Shown: positions 29,678 through 40,787 of the stretch, one piece after another
How positions within the stretch are numbered: position 1 is the stretch's first letter
Layout: each line of letters begins with the position of its first letter
Assembly (NCBI GenBank): GCA_965200875.1
Contig: OZ241456.1
Coordinates: 1,152,001 to 1,216,000 of the forward strand
Direction: 5' to 3'
DNA length: 64,000 bases
Source of the DNA: Bdellovibrionales bacterium
Lineage (GTDB): Bacteria; Bdellovibrionota; Bdellovibrionia; Bdellovibrionales; UBA1609
The notes under the pieces: generated by a model
Database searches by the model: none
What the model saw: only the letters and a program-made list of their open reading frames with translations
What the model was told of the DNA's origin: nothing
Translations under genes and position numbers: made by a program

Positions 29678-32389
29678 CTATTTGCACGAATTAATGGAAG
29701 AACGAGCTGATATCAAACGAGCCACCGGCACACGATAAGCAGAACAGCTGACATAATCCAAACCCAAACGATTAAAAAAGTAAATACTGTTTTGTTCCGC
29801 CCCGTGCTCACCACAGATACCTATTTTTAAATCAGGTTTTTTTCCACGACCCAACTCAATAGCTCTTTGAATCAAAAAACCTACACCTTTTTGATCCACA
29901 GTAGCAAAAGGATCTTCTGACATGAGGTTTTCACTCACATAAACTGGAAGAAATTTACCACAATCATCTCTGGAAATACCTAAAGTGGTTTGAGTGAGAT
30001 CATTAGTTCCGAAACTGAAAAAATCCGCATGATCAGCCAATTCATCTGCTATCAAAGCTGACCGGGGCAGTTCAATCATAGCACCAATTAAGTACTTAAA
30101 GTTTTTCTTTCTTTCCTCCTGAACCGCTTTTATCTCTCTTTCCACCAAATCCTTAATAAAAATTAATTCCGACTTCATCATCACGAGTGGAATCATAATC
30201 TCCGGCACAGGAAATTCCTTATGATCCATTCTTTCACAAACAGCCTCAGCAACAGCCCGCGCCTGCATCTGATAAATTTCAGGAAAAGAAATAGCCAGAC
30301 GACAACCTCTATGCCCTAACATGGGGTTGGTTTCTCTTAAAGCTGACACGCGCTCTCTTATTGTTTCCTCTTTGTCGTTTGTCTTTTCCGCTAACTCTTT
30401 TATCTCACTTTCTCTCTGAGGTAAAAATTCATGAAGAGGAGGATCCAGAAGGCGAATAGTCACCGGAAGTCCCCGCATTGTGGAAAACAAAGCGATAAAA
30501 TCCTCCCTCTGCATAGGCAATAATTCTTCCAGAGCAGAGCTTCTTTCGCTTTCCTTCCCCGCCAGAATCATTTTTCTGACAGAAATAATACGATCATCTC
30601 CAAAAAACATGTGCTCTGTTCGACACAAACCAATCCCCTGCGCGCCAAAAAGACGAGCTGTTTCTGCCTCTCTGGGGTGATCGGCATTGACCCTAACCTT
30701 CATATCAGAATATTTATCCACGATAGACATAAACCTTTGAAAATTCTCATCCAGCTGAGGCTCCAGAGTAGGCACCTCACCCATAAACACCTCGCCTGTA
30801 GCACCATCCAGAGAAATCATATCTCCTTTTTTCAAGTAATGTTTGCCTGCTCTCATTTTTCCGGTGCTCTCATCCAACATCACTTCATCACAACCAACCA
30901 CACAACATTTACCCATTCCTCGCGCCACCACTGCCGCATGAGAGGTAATACCTCCTCTGGTAGTTAAAATTCCTTCAGAGGAAATCATGCCTCTAATATC
31001 TTCAGGAGAGGTCTCGGAGCGAACTAATATTACTTTTTCCCCTCTGGAATGACATTGAAAAGCCTCTTCGGAAGAAAACACAATTTTCCCTGACACTCCT
31101 CCGGGACTGGCGGCCAACCCCTGAGCTATCCTTAACTTTGACGCTTTTGGATCCAAAGAAGGATGCAATAGCTGTTCAATAGAAGAGGGAGACACCCTGA
31201 ATAAGGTTTCTTTTTTTGTAATCAATCCTTCGTCCAGCATATCCAAAGCCACCTTTAAAGCCGCCTTGGCCGTTCTCTTGGCACTTCGGGTCTGCAAAAT
31301 CCATAACCGATTTTTTTCAATGGTAAATTCAATATCCTGAATATCTTTATAGTGTTTTTCCAAACGATTACACACCTGATTCAAATCCTGAAACACAGTA
31401 GGGAAACGCTCCTCTAAAGTCATTTCCACCTTACCGTTTGCCATCGCTTTGGTAACAGGATAAGGAGTTCTCACACCTGCCACTACATCCTCCCCTTGAG
31501 CGTTCACTAAAAATTCACCGACCAAATGCTTTTCCCCACTGGAAGGATCCCGGGTAAAAGCCACACCTGTAGCACAGTCTTCTCCTTTATTGCCAAACAC
31601 CATAGCCTGTACATTAACAGCCGTGCCCCAGTCATGACGATAATTGTTTAATTCCCGATAGGAAACTGCCCGGGAGTTATTCCAGCTATCAAAAACGGCA
31701 GAAACAGCAGAATAAAGTTGCTCAGCTGGATCCTGTGGAAAATGTTTTCCTGTAGCTTGAAGTACCTGATCCTTAAAACAACCAACCAACTTTTTTAAAT
31801 CCTCCACTGTCAAGTCTGTGTCTTTTTTATAATTTTTCAGACGCTTTAAATCCTCCAGAAAAAACACCAACAAGGAAGCATCCACGGAAAGAACAACATC
31901 CGCATACATTTGTATAAAACGGCGATAGCAATCGTAGGCAAATCGCTCATCAAAACTTTGATTCGCCAAAGTCTCCACCACCTGATCATTCAGCCCCAGA
32001 TTGAGCACACTATCCATCATACCTGGCATACTCACACGCGCACCGGAACGCACACTGACCAAAAGAGGATTTTTAGGGTTTCCAAACTCAGCTCCCATAT
32101 CCCGACCCAGAAGTTTCATAGCTTGATTAATCTCTGTTTTTAAAAAGTCAGGAAGTTGCTTGTCGTTTTTATAAAAAGCCTGACACATATTCGCAGAAAT
32201 AGTAAACCCGGGAGGCACTGGAAATCCCATAGAAATCATTTCTGCCAAATGCGCGCCTTTGCTTCCCAACACATCTCGTAAATCTGCTGAACCATCAACC
32301 TTTTGTTGAGAAAAAAAATAATACAGATTTTTGTTTAAAGAACGAGACTTTAAAGAGGTTCGTAAAGTGTCATAGGTTTTTTCTTTCAA
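29678..32389 (-). CDS. ppdK: Pyruvate, phosphate dikinase
   Basis: PLLVSVRSGA.SMPGMMD, GGITSHAAVVARG, GIGLCRTEHMF, SFGTNDLTQ, GICGEHG. Confidence 0.97.
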   Translation of the reverse strand: MKEKTYDTLRTSLKSRSLNKNLYYFFSQQKVDGSADLRDVLGSKGAHLAEMISMGFPVPPGFTISANMCQAFYKNDKQLPDFLKTEINQAMKLLGRDMGAEFGNPKNPLLVSVRSGARVSMPGMMDSVLNLGLNDQVVETLANQSFDERFAYDCYRRFIQMYADVVLSVDASLLVFFLEDLKRLKNYKKDTDLTVEDLKKLVGCFKDQVLQATGKHFPQDPAEQLYSAVSAVFDSWNNSRAVSYRELNNYRHDWGTAVNVQAMVFGNKGEDCATGVAFTRDPSSGEKHLVGEFLVNAQGEDVVAGVRTPYPVTKAMANGKVEMTLEERFPTVFQDLNQVCNRLEKHYKDIQDIEFTIEKNRLWILQTRSAKRTAKAALKVALDMLDEGLITKKETLFRVSPSSIEQLLHPSLDPKASKLRIAQGLAASPGGVSGKIVFSSEEAFQCHSRGEKVILVRSETSPEDIRGMISSEGILTTRGGITSHAAVVARGMGKCCVVGCDEVMLDESTGKMRAGKHYLKKGDMISLDGATGEVFMGEVPTLEPQLDENFQRFMSIVDKYSDMKVRVNADHPREAETARLFGAQGIGLCRTEHMFFGDDRIISVRKMILAGKESERSSALEELLPMQREDFIALFSTMRGLPVTIRLLDPPLHEFLPQRESEIKELAEKTNDKEETIRERVSALRETNPMLGHRGCRLAISFPEIYQMQARAVAEAVCERMDHKEFPVPEIMIPLVMMKSELIFIKDLVEREIKAVQEERKKNFKYLIGAMIELPRSALIADELADHADFFSFGTNDLTQTTLGISRDDCGKFLPVYVSENLMSEDPFATVDQKGVGFLIQRAIELGRGKKPDLKIGICGEHGAEQNSIYFFNRLGLDYVSCSAYRVPVARLISARSSINSCK

Positions 32390-32455
32390 TCTTCCCCCTG
32401 TCAGTTAAAAATCCGCTGATGTTAACATACGGAGAGTTTGTAACTTTTATATTCC

Positions 32456-33769
32456 CTAATACTGAACACGACGGCTTTTTACCCGAACTCCCTTCATCAA
32501 ACCTTCATAACGGGCCGTAAGTAAGTGCGATTGTATCCGCTGAGTGGTATCCAAAGCCACACCCACTAAAATCAACAAACTGGTGCCCCCGAAGAAAAAA
32601 GGCGTATTCATTTTATCAATGAGCAATGTGGGAATAATACAAATCACACTGAGGTAGATGGAACCAGCTACGGTCAAACGATCCAAAGTTTTCTTTACAT
32701 AATCTGCTGTGCTCTTCCCTGCTCGAATCCCCGGAATAAAACCTCCGTACTTTTTTAAGTTGTCCGACATTTCATGGGGATTAAAAACTGCCTCTGTATA
32801 GAAAAAACAGAAAAATACAATCAAAGCCACAAACATAATATTAAACAAAGAGCTTTGAGGGGTAAGAGTATCTCTCAGATTATGCGCCCAAGGCTGGTCC
32901 ACATATTGAGCCAAAGAGGTGGGAAAAAGCAACAAACTGGAAGCAAAAATAGGAGGAATTACTCCTGAAAAATTAAGTTTTAAAGGCAAATGAGAGCTTT
33001 GTGTGGCTGGCTGTTTTCCCATTGCTCTTTGTGAATATTGAATGGGAATCCTTCTTTGTCCTACTTCAATAAATATAATAATTCCCACTACCACGATCAT
33101 AAATAAAACCAAAGCCAACAACAAACCATTGCTGATTTGCCCCCTTCCCACCATCCGAAATAAATTTACTGCACCGGAAGGAATACCAGCCGCTATACCG
33201 GCAAAAATAATAAGGGAAGCTCCATTTCCTATGCCACGCTCGGTTATCTGCTCACCCAGCCACATAATCAAACAAGCTCCTGTTGTTAAAGTGATAATAG
33301 TGAAAACCTCAAAAGGAAGAAATCCAATAACAGGTGAAATCACCAGAGACTGCCCTTCTCCTGAAGTGAGATTGATTAACATTTTAGAAATGCCATAACC
33401 CTGCACGATGGAAAACAACACAGTGGAATAACGAGTGTATTGATTGATTTTTCTCCTGCCCGCTTCCCCTTCTTTTTTTAACTGCTCCAAATAAGGCACT
33501 CCCGTCTGTAACAGCTGAAAAATAATGGACGCAGTAATATAAGGCAGAATACCCAAAGCAAAAATACTGAACCTCTCCAAAGCACCACCTGTAAAGGTGT
33601 TCAGCATATTCAAGACACCGCCTCCCTGGTTCGCAAAATAATCCATTAAAGCTTCTCTATCCACACCTGGAGTGGGCACCTGCACACCCATACGATAAAT
33701 GATCAACACTGCCAATGTAAAAAGAATTTTATTTCTGAGATCTTTCGGAAAAGAAAAATTTTGCATCAT
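32456..33769 (-). CDS. secY: Preprotein translocase subunit SecY
   Basis: SIFALGILPYITASII, WLGEQITERGIGNG, GVIPPIFASS, FIPGIRAG. Confidence 0.98.
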   Translation of the reverse strand: MMQNFSFPKDLRNKILFTLAVLIIYRMGVQVPTPGVDREALMDYFANQGGGVLNMLNTFTGGALERFSIFALGILPYITASIIFQLLQTGVPYLEQLKKEGEAGRRKINQYTRYSTVLFSIVQGYGISKMLINLTSGEGQSLVISPVIGFLPFEVFTIITLTTGACLIMWLGEQITERGIGNGASLIIFAGIAAGIPSGAVNLFRMVGRGQISNGLLLALVLFMIVVVGIIIFIEVGQRRIPIQYSQRAMGKQPATQSSHLPLKLNFSGVIPPIFASSLLLFPTSLAQYVDQPWAHNLRDTLTPQSSLFNIMFVALIVFFCFFYTEAVFNPHEMSDNLKKYGGFIPGIRAGKSTADYVKKTLDRLTVAGSIYLSVICIIPTLLIDKMNTPFFFGGTSLLILVGVALDTTQRIQSHLLTARYEGLMKGVRVKSRRVQY

Positions 33770-34488
33770 TGATTTATGTTCCCGTTAGATGTTTTGTTAT
33801 CTGTATCATCGCTTGTACCAGACTTATCTATTTGTATGTCTGTTGCACTTTCCGAAGCTAATTTTGTATCATCGCTTGTATCAGACTTATCTATTTGTAT
33901 GTCTGTTGCACTTTCCGAAGCTGAAGAAGAAGTGGCTCTATTATTATCCACAACAGAAACAAGCTTTTCCACTTTTCCTCCTGCTTTCTCAATAAGCTCA
34001 ATAGCTTTTTTGCTAAAATTATGCGCACGAACAGTCAATGGCTTAGTTAACTCACCTTGAGCTAAAATTTTTACAAATGCTTTTTTTCTCACCAGCCCGG
34101 CTGAATACAAGATAGAAGGATCCACCTCTGAGTCAAAACGATTCAGAACTGATAAATTGATAATGTCACACTTTTTTTTAAACCGAGCATTCGTAAAACC
34201 AAACTTAGGAAGAAGACGAACCAAAGGCATTTGTCCTCCCTCAAATCCTCTTAAGAGGCCAAAGCCAGAACGTGCCCTTTGCCCTTTATGTCCTTTTGTG
34301 GAAGTGCCACCATGACCGCTGGATCTTCCACGACCCAAACGTTTCATCTTATGCCGAGAACCGGGAAAAGTCTGCAAACGCTCCAAACTCACCGAACGGG
34401 CAGAAAACAATTCCTTAGAAGAACCAGAAGAACCTTTTTGGTTCTGCTCTTTACCATTTTCTTTTGTCATGTCCTCTTTTTCTTTCAT
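33766..34488 (-). CDS. rplO: 50S ribosomal protein L15 with N- and C-terminal extensions
   Basis: GRGRSSGHGGTSTKGHKGQRAR, GFEGGQMPL, IEKAGG. Confidence 0.95.
   Translation of the reverse strand: MKEKEDMTKENGKEQNQKGSSGSSKELFSARSVSLERLQTFPGSRHKMKRLGRGRSSGHGGTSTKGHKGQRARSGFGLLRGFEGGQMPLVRLLPKFGFTNARFKKKCDIINLSVLNRFDSEVDPSILYSAGLVRKKAFVKILAQGELTKPLTVRAHNFSKKAIELIEKAGGKVEKLVSVVDNNRATSSSASESATDIQIDKSDTSDDTKLASESATDIQIDKSGTSDDTDNKTSNGNINQ
33802..33922. repeat. 63-bp-period tandem duplication in the L15 tail
   Basis: ASESATDIQIDKS.TSDDT encoded twice. Confidence 0.9.
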
Positions 34489-34502
34489 GCTCTTTTTCTC
34501 TG

Positions 34503-34727
34503 TTATATTTTATCACTTACAGTTTTATGTTCCGCTTTCTCTGTTGAGTTGGCAGGAGAAAGTAAAATCAGATGTTTTATTTTGTTAACCTGCCCTTGCC
34601 TTACAGGATTCATGGTTAAAACCACAGATTGACCAAGTTTTCTTAAACCCAAGCAAAAAGCAGAAGCTTTTTGCTGTTTCGTAGAACCTATTAAGCTCTT
34701 CTTTAAAGTTACTCTAACCTGTTTCAC
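34503..34727 (-). CDS. rpmD: 50S ribosomal protein L30
   Basis: VTLKKSLIG...LGLRK; position between rpsE and rplO. Confidence 0.93.
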   Translation of the reverse strand: MKQVRVTLKKSLIGSTKQQKASAFCLGLRKLGQSVVLTMNPVRQGQVNKIKHLILLSPANSTEKAEHKTVSDKI

Positions 34728-34730
34728 TTT

Positions 34731-35339
34731 TTAATTCCTCAAGGTTTTTTCGTCTATTTTTTCTTTTGGTACCGAATCTTTTTCGGCAACAACTTTTTCT
34801 TCGGCAACTTTTTTAGAATCCGTAGCCACTTTCTGATTCCTAGAATCTGAGATTAAACCAGATTTAATCAAAGGTCTTTTTTCTTTTATCTCAATAATCT
34901 GTTGCAAACCATTTAAAGTGGCGTACACAACATTATGAGGGTTCCTGCTCCCCATTCTCTTGGTCAATATGTCTCTTATACCAATACACTCCAGTACCGC
35001 ACGAACAGGACCACCGGCAATCACTCCTGTCCCCGGACCTGCTGGTCTCAATACCACTTGGGAAGCACCAAATTTTCCAATAATCTCATGAGGAATAGTC
35101 CGTTGCCCTCTTAAAGGAACCTGTATAAAAGATTTTTTAGCTATACGACCAGCTTTGTTGATAGATTCAGGCACTTCACTGGCTTTTCCTGTGCCGACAC
35201 CCACCTGCCCTTTTCCATCTCCCGCCACCACTAAAGCAGAAAAAGAAAAGCGACGTCCGCCCTTCACCACCTTTGTAACGCGGTTAATAACAACCACTCT
35301 TTCTAAAAATTCCTGTTCCGTGTTCTGTTGTGTATTCAA
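34731..35339 (-). CDS. rpsE: 30S ribosomal protein S5
   Basis: [29 protein letters not shown]. Confidence 0.97.
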   Translation of the reverse strand: MNTQQNTEQEFLERVVVINRVTKVVKGGRRFSFSALVVAGDGKGQVGVGTGKASEVPESINKAGRIAKKSFIQVPLRGQRTIPHEIIGKFGASQVVLRPAGPGTGVIAGGPVRAVLECIGIRDILTKRMGSRNPHNVVYATLNGLQQIIEIKEKRPLIKSGLISDSRNQKVATDSKKVAEEKVVAEKDSVPKEKIDEKTLRN

Positions 35340-35395
35340 AATTATCCTCTCTCTCTTTAAAAGTATTTTTTAGCAAAATTATTCAATTAGTGCGA

Positions 35396-35767
35396 TCAAA
35401 AAACCAAACCAGCTTTGCGGGCGGATTCCGCTAACGCTTTCACCCTACCATGATAAATAAACCCATTCCGATCAAAAACCACTTTTTTAATTTTCCGATT
35501 TAAAGCTGTTTCCGCTACTTTTTGACCAGTTCGCTCCGCTCCCTTGCAATTACCATTATTGCCGTCCAACTTGAGGGTATTGGCTGACGCCAACACTTTT
35601 CCTGAAGTGTCATCTATCAGCTGAGCGTAAATATGCTTTTGGGAACGAAAAATCACTAAACGCGGTCTTTCTTCTGTTCCAAAAAGTTTTTTTCTCAAAC
35701 GCGCTTTGTTTCTTAGCCTTTTTCTAAGTTTCAAAGGACTGTTTTTCTTTATCCGAATCCGAATCAT
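35396..35767 (-). CDS. rplR: 50S ribosomal protein L18
   Basis: [32 protein letters not shown]. Confidence 0.97.
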   Translation of the reverse strand: MIRIRIKKNSPLKLRKRLRNKARLRKKLFGTEERPRLVIFRSQKHIYAQLIDDTSGKVLASANTLKLDGNNGNCKGAERTGQKVAETALNRKIKKVVFDRNGFIYHGRVKALAESARKAGLVF

Positions 35768-35884
35768 TCCTCTAACCTTTTGTTTTCTTTTTTATGCAAC
35801 AAAAACCGGCAATAGTTTGACCACAATCGAAAGTAGGACAAACATAACAAAAAAAAGAAAAAACCACAGTAATAAATTTATTCA

Positions 35885-36427
35885 TTACTTTTCACCCCCG
35901 GATTTACCGGCTTTTCTGCGAATCACTTCATCACTATAGCGAATACCTTTACCTAAGTAAGGCTCCGGTTCTCTCCAACTTCTGATTTGTGCACTGAATT
36001 GTCCCACTTGCGCACGATCCGCACCCGATACAACCACATTCAATTTTTCTGCCTTTACAGTCAAACCTTCTGGTATTTCCATTTTAACTGGATGAGAATA
36101 ACCCAAGCTCATTTCCAAAGTTTTCCCGGACACATTAGCCTTGTAACCAACCCCCTTAAGAATCAAAGTCTTTGACCACCCCTTGGACACACCCGTAACT
36201 GCATTCTGAATTAAAGAGCGATAAAGGCCATGCCATGCCCGCGTCTTCGGTTCATTATTTTTACGAGTCAATACCACAGAACCATCCTTCACCTGCACAT
36301 TGATAACAGGATTAACCGGTATCTTCAAAATTTTCTGACCGGATTTAACACACACTTCATTGCCGGTGTTGATAGTGACCTCCACACCTTGTGTTATCTT
36401 CACCGGTAATTTTCCAATTCTTGACAT
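35885..36427 (-). CDS. rplF: 50S ribosomal protein L6
   Basis: MSRIGKLP, LGYSHP, PEPYLGKGIRY. Confidence 0.97.
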   Translation of the reverse strand: MSRIGKLPVKITQGVEVTINTGNEVCVKSGQKILKIPVNPVINVQVKDGSVVLTRKNNEPKTRAWHGLYRSLIQNAVTGVSKGWSKTLILKGVGYKANVSGKTLEMSLGYSHPVKMEIPEGLTVKAEKLNVVVSGADRAQVGQFSAQIRSWREPEPYLGKGIRYSDEVIRRKAGKSGGEK

Positions 36428-36490
36428 TTTTTACTTAGAGGCGACTTTTAACCTAACCCCCACTCCTTTCCTGAATAAGTGAATCTTCCT

Positions 36491-36880
36491 CTACCAGATA
36501 CGACAAAGCATTTCTCCACCCACATTTTGCTTTTTAGCCTCTGCTCCGCTTAAAATCCCTTTATTGGTACTTAACACTAACAGCCCGTAATGAGAAAGCA
36601 CTGGAGGAATCCGACCTGCCTTTACATATTGGCGACAGGAGGGTTTACTCACTCTCTCAATGCGCGTAATGGCAGACTGCCCCTTCTCATTGTATTTTAA
36701 ATAAAGCCTCATAATCCCCTGCTTTCCGTCATCCACCACTGTATAATTTTTAATATATCCAGACTCTTTTAACTGATCAGCAATGCCTTCCTGAACTTTA
36801 GAACTGGGAATATCCACCTTAAGGTGACCCGCCATAACTGCGTTTCTGACCCTGGTGCAAAATTGACTGATTGTATCCAT
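36491..36880 (-). CDS. rpsH: 30S ribosomal protein S8
   Basis: TRVRNA, RVSKPSCRQY, STNKG, VGGE. Confidence 0.96.
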   Translation of the reverse strand: MDTISQFCTRVRNAVMAGHLKVDIPSSKVQEGIADQLKESGYIKNYTVVDDGKQGIMRLYLKYNEKGQSAITRIERVSKPSCRQYVKAGRIPPVLSHYGLLVLSTNKGILSGAEAKKQNVGGEMLCRIW

Positions 36881-36925
36881 ATTTTTATTCAAGGGCGGTT
36901 CTTAACCTGAGACCCTCTCCTCCTT

Positions 36926-37468
36926 TTAATGCTTCCTGAAAGGAAATCCTAAAGACTCCAATAAGCTCCGTGCTTGTTCATCTGTTTTTGCTGTCGTGCA
37001 AATAGTAATGTTCATACCCCGAATTGCATCCACTTTATCATAATCCACTTCCGGAAAAATAATTTGCTCCTTAATACCTATATTGTAATTACCCTGCCCG
37101 TCAAAGCTTCTTGGGGAAAGACCTCGAAAATCCCTAACCTGAGGGAGTGAAAAATGAATTAGCCGTTCCAAAAAAGTCCACATTTTTTCCCGTCTCAATG
37201 TCACGCAAGAACCCAGCTTAACACCTTTTTTAATTTTAAAGTTGGAAATGGCTTTTTTGGCTTTTGTGATCACAGCTTTTTGACCGGCCACCAAAGACAG
37301 ATCTTGAGAAACATTTTGTAAAATTTTAGGGTTTTTAACCGCTTGAGAGACACACATACTCAATACCACTTTCTCAACCCGCGGAACCTGCATAACACTT
37401 TTAAGCTGTAGCTTTTCTTTCAGCACCGAGCGTATTTTTGCTGTGTATTGCTCTTGTAAAACACTCAT
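36926..37468 (-). CDS. rplE: 50S ribosomal protein L5
   Basis: LPQVRDFRGL, FDGQGNY, EQIIFPE. Confidence 0.97.
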   Translation of the reverse strand: MSVLQEQYTAKIRSVLKEKLQLKSVMQVPRVEKVVLSMCVSQAVKNPKILQNVSQDLSLVAGQKAVITKAKKAISNFKIKKGVKLGSCVTLRREKMWTFLERLIHFSLPQVRDFRGLSPRSFDGQGNYNIGIKEQIIFPEVDYDKVDAIRGMNITICTTAKTDEQARSLLESLGFPFRKH

Positions 37469-37836
37469 TAAAGCACCTCCGGAGCCATAGAAATAATTTT
37501 AATAAAACTCCTAGCCCTTAATTCTCTAGCCACAGGACCAAAGATACGAGTACCAATCGGCTCCTTATTATTGTTAATCAGCACGGCTGAATTTTCATCA
37601 AAGCGAATGGAAGTACCATCCCCCCTTTGAATTTTATGAACTGTGCGCACAATAACAGCCTTCGCTTTATCCCCTTTTTTTACCTTGGAATTAGGTAAAG
37701 CATTTTTAACGGACACAACAATAATATCCCCAATGCCGGCAGTACGCCTTCGGGAACCTCCTAAAACTTTAATGCACTGAACGACCCTAGCACCAGAATT
37801 ATCAGCCACTTTTAAACGGGATTGCATTTGAATCAT
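37468..37836 (-). CDS. rplN: 50S ribosomal protein L14
   Basis: [26 protein letters not shown]. Confidence 0.98.
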   Translation of the reverse strand: MIQMQSRLKVADNSGARVVQCIKVLGGSRRRTAGIGDIIVVSVKNALPNSKVKKGDKAKAVIVRTVHKIQRGDGTSIRFDENSAVLINNNKEPIGTRIFGPVARELRARSFIKIISMAPEVL

Positions 37837-37892
37837 AATTTTTTCCTTCTTCACTTAGACTGCACACACTTCACTTAACCTACACACCCACT

Positions 37893-38153
37893 CTATGTCT
37901 GTGAGTCCACGATTTCCAAAAGCTTCCATCTTTTTGTTTTACTCAAAGGACGGGTTTCATATATTTTAACCACATCACCTGTTTTTGCCTTATTTTGCTC
38001 ATCGTGCGCTTTAAAAACCGATTTCCGACGAATATATTTTTTATATTTAGGATGCTTCATTAAACGATAAATCAAAACAGAAATGGTTTTGTCGCCTTTG
38101 CTGGATACCACTTTCCCTTTAACAACATTTAATCTGCCTCTTTGATCTTTCAT
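37893..38153 (-). CDS. rpsQ: 30S ribosomal protein S17
   Basis: HPKYKK, AHDE, ETRPLSKTKRW. Confidence 0.97.
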   Translation of the reverse strand: MKDQRGRLNVVKGKVVSSKGDKTISVLIYRLMKHPKYKKYIRRKSVFKAHDEQNKAKTGDVVKIYETRPLSKTKRWKLLEIVDSQT

Positions 38154-38186
38154 CTTTTCCTTCCTGTGTTTAAGAGAAAAACAGCT

Positions 38187-38738
38187 TTAACCGCTTTTCC
38201 GTCTAAAAAAACTTCGCCGGCCTCCAGATTGCTGAGCTTTGGAAGATTTTTGTTTTGAACCAAAAAAACCAAACCATTTTTTTCTTGGCGCAATCTTGCT
38301 GGATGGCTTATCTTTGGAGGGTTTTTTCGATTCTTGTTGCTTCAAAGTAACCTTTTTTCTGCTCTCTTTTTTCTGATCCTGCTTTTCCTCATTGGCTTTT
38401 ACTTTTGAACCCTCTCCCACAGCTTTTTCTTCCACCAACTTCTTGGATTTGTCCTGCTTTTTAAACTGTGCTTTTCCAGAAAGGCTTTTCACGGCTTTTT
38501 TCTCCAAAGCCTCAGTGTCTTTCACCAGTTTTTTGTCAGACACAAATGCAGACTCAGGAAGCACAGATAAAGCTGTTTCCAAACGAGCGATATCTCTTCT
38601 GAAGTTTCTAAGCTCCATCATATTGGAAAGTCTCTGCATTTTATGCTTCATACGAGCATTAAACAAAGCCTGCCGGGTTTGATCTAACCTTTTCTTCAGC
38701 TCCTGCGGTTGCAGATTATTTATCTCTGCATACTTCAT
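38187..38738 (-). CDS. rpmC: 50S ribosomal protein L29 with ~120-aa Lys-rich C-terminal extension
   Basis: N-terminal ~60 aa L29 core (LFNARM...RRDIARLET); position between rplP and rpsQ. Confidence 0.9.
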   Translation of the reverse strand: MKYAEINNLQPQELKKRLDQTRQALFNARMKHKMQRLSNMMELRNFRRDIARLETALSVLPESAFVSDKKLVKDTEALEKKAVKSLSGKAQFKKQDKSKKLVEEKAVGEGSKVKANEEKQDQKKESRKKVTLKQQESKKPSKDKPSSKIAPRKKWFGFFGSKQKSSKAQQSGGRRSFFRRKSG

Positions 38739-38808
38739 TTTTTAATTCCTTTGCTTTCCTGTAGAAAGCTTTTTCAAAAACAATCACTAATAAAATAACA
38801 CATTATTT

Positions 38809-39216
38809 TTATACTCTGGACAAGAATTTTGTTTTAAAAGGAAGTTTATAGCTGGCCAAACGAAAAGCCTCCCGGGCCTGTTTTTCCGTTACCCCTTCGA
38901 TTTCAAACAAAATCCGACCTGGCTTAATTAAAGCCACCCAAAACTCCAAATTTCCTTTACCTGATCCCATTCGCACTCCAATAGGCTTTTGAGAAATAGG
39001 TCTATCAGGAAACACACGAATCCACACTTTTCCACTTCTTTTAACAGAACGGGAGATGGCAATACGACTGGATTCAATTTGACGATCCGTCATTCGCCCT
39101 GCTGACAAACTCATCAAACCAAAATCACCAAAAGACAACTCACTGCCTCTTTTGGCTTGGCCTCTTAAACGTCCCCTGTGCACTTTTCTCCATTTTATTT
39201 TTTTGGGGCTAAGCAT
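38809..39216 (-). CDS. rplP: 50S ribosomal protein L16
   Basis: [19 protein letters not shown]. Confidence 0.97.
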   Translation of the reverse strand: MLSPKKIKWRKVHRGRLRGQAKRGSELSFGDFGLMSLSAGRMTDRQIESSRIAISRSVKRSGKVWIRVFPDRPISQKPIGVRMGSGKGNLEFWVALIKPGRILFEIEGVTEKQAREAFRLASYKLPFKTKFLSRV

Positions 39217-39222
39217 TTTTTT

Positions 39223-39891
39223 TCACTCCTTAAATTTCTTTTCCACTACCGACACTTCTTTCCTTGCGTACACATCACCATAATACATCCACACCTTGAC
39301 ACCAATCAGGCCATAAGTTGTCTGAGCTTCCGCAAAACCATAATCAATATTAGCTCTTAAAGTATGTAAGGGGATGCTTTTTTCGTTGTACCATTCTGAA
39401 CGGGCAATTTCCGCTCCATCCAATCGACCTGATATACGTACTTTCACCCCTCTCACTCCCTGACGAATGGCCTCTGCAATGGCTTTTTTCAATACTCTTC
39501 TCCAGGAAACTCTTTTTTCCAGCTGTAAAGCAATTTTTTCCGCAACCAGCTGAGAGTCAACATCCGCCTTTCTGACTTCCTGAATACTTACAGACACTTT
39601 GTGCTTTGTCTGCTTTTGTATATCAGCCTCTAAAGCGTCAATACCCACCCCTTTTTTTCCAATAACAAATCCCGGTCGGGCCGTGAAAACAATCAATTTA
39701 ATTTGCTCACCTGTTCTTTCCACTTCCACTTTTGAAACACCAGCATTTTTTAATCTTTTTTTCACATAAGCACGCAAACGATAATCTTCATAAATATTAT
39801 CAGCATAAACCTGACCACTCGCATACCAGCGGGAATCCCAGTTACGAATCACTCCAACTCTCAAACCAACAGGACTAATCTTCTGCCCCAT
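39223..39891 (-). CDS. rpsC: 30S ribosomal protein S3
   Basis: MGQKISPVGLR, SGRLDGAEIARSE, PLHTLRANIDY. Confidence 0.97.
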   Translation of the reverse strand: MGQKISPVGLRVGVIRNWDSRWYASGQVYADNIYEDYRLRAYVKKRLKNAGVSKVEVERTGEQIKLIVFTARPGFVIGKKGVGIDALEADIQKQTKHKVSVSIQEVRKADVDSQLVAEKIALQLEKRVSWRRVLKKAIAEAIRQGVRGVKVRISGRLDGAEIARSEWYNEKSIPLHTLRANIDYGFAEAQTTYGLIGVKVWMYYGDVYARKEVSVVEKKFKE

Positions 39892-39954
39892 AACTTTTAC
39901 CTTTCACCCGCAAAGCGGGTTATTGTTATGATTTTTTTTATATACCAATATGGC

Positions 39955-40287
39955 TTACCTTTCATCCAACACAACACAAATATGACTTTGTTTCTTTTTT
40001 CGGGGAGACGACTGACCGCGCGCGGCCGGACGATACCTCATTAAATAAGGCCCCTGGTTAACATAAATCGTTTTAACATATAGATTATCCACATCAATTA
40101 TTTTTTTGGTTTCAGCGTTGGCAACCGCCGACTGAATAAGTGCTTTAATAAGCTCAGCTGACTTCTTTTTCGAAAAAGAAAGCAATCCAATAGCCTCATT
40201 CACATCTTTTCCGCGAACCATGTCTGCCACTAGACGCGCTCTCTGCGCTGAAACACGAGTATACTTTAAAATAGATCTGACTTCCAT
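39955..40287 (-). CDS. rplV: 50S ribosomal protein L22
   Basis: RLVADMVRGK, SAVANAE, RPAARG. Confidence 0.97.
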   Translation of the reverse strand: MEVRSILKYTRVSAQRARLVADMVRGKDVNEAIGLLSFSKKKSAELIKALIQSAVANAETKKIIDVDNLYVKTIYVNQGPYLMRYRPAARGQSSPRKKKQSHICVVLDER

Positions 40288-40396
40288 ATTGTTCTTCCCT
40301 CAGTCTTAAAAAATCTTCGTCACAAGTTGTTATTTCCTTGAAAGAGATGCTTCTTTACAAAAGCAGTACAGTAACCTCTTCTTTCCAATGAAATTG

Positions 40397-40696
40397 TTAC
40401 CCTTTCTTTTGGCCCGGCTTCTGCATTTGCGATTTTTTTCCACCAGCATGAACATTAAACATCCTAGTAGGAGCAAACTCCCCAAATTTTTGTCCTATCA
40501 TATTTTCTGATACATACACAGGCACAAACTTTTTTCCGTTATGAACAGCAAAAGTTAAACCCACCGCAGACGGCGTAATCACCGAGCGTCTGGACCATGT
40601 TTTAATGACTTTTTTGTCACCGGTTTTTTTGGCTCTGGTGATTTTTTCCTCCAGATGATAATCCAAAAAAGGCCCTTTCTTAACTGATCTTCCCAC
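40397..40696 (-). CDS. rpsS: 30S ribosomal protein S19
   Basis: [27 protein letters not shown]. Confidence 0.97.
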   Translation of the reverse strand: MGRSVKKGPFLDYHLEEKITRAKKTGDKKVIKTWSRRSVITPSAVGLTFAVHNGKKFVPVYVSENMIGQKFGEFAPTRMFNVHAGGKKSQMQKPGQKKG

Positions 40697-40787
40697 TTCT
40701 TATCTAGGGCTGGTTCTTAACCACAATGCCCAAGCTCCTTTTCCAAAACTGATATTTTTTTAAACCAAAAACATACTCTTTCAATTA

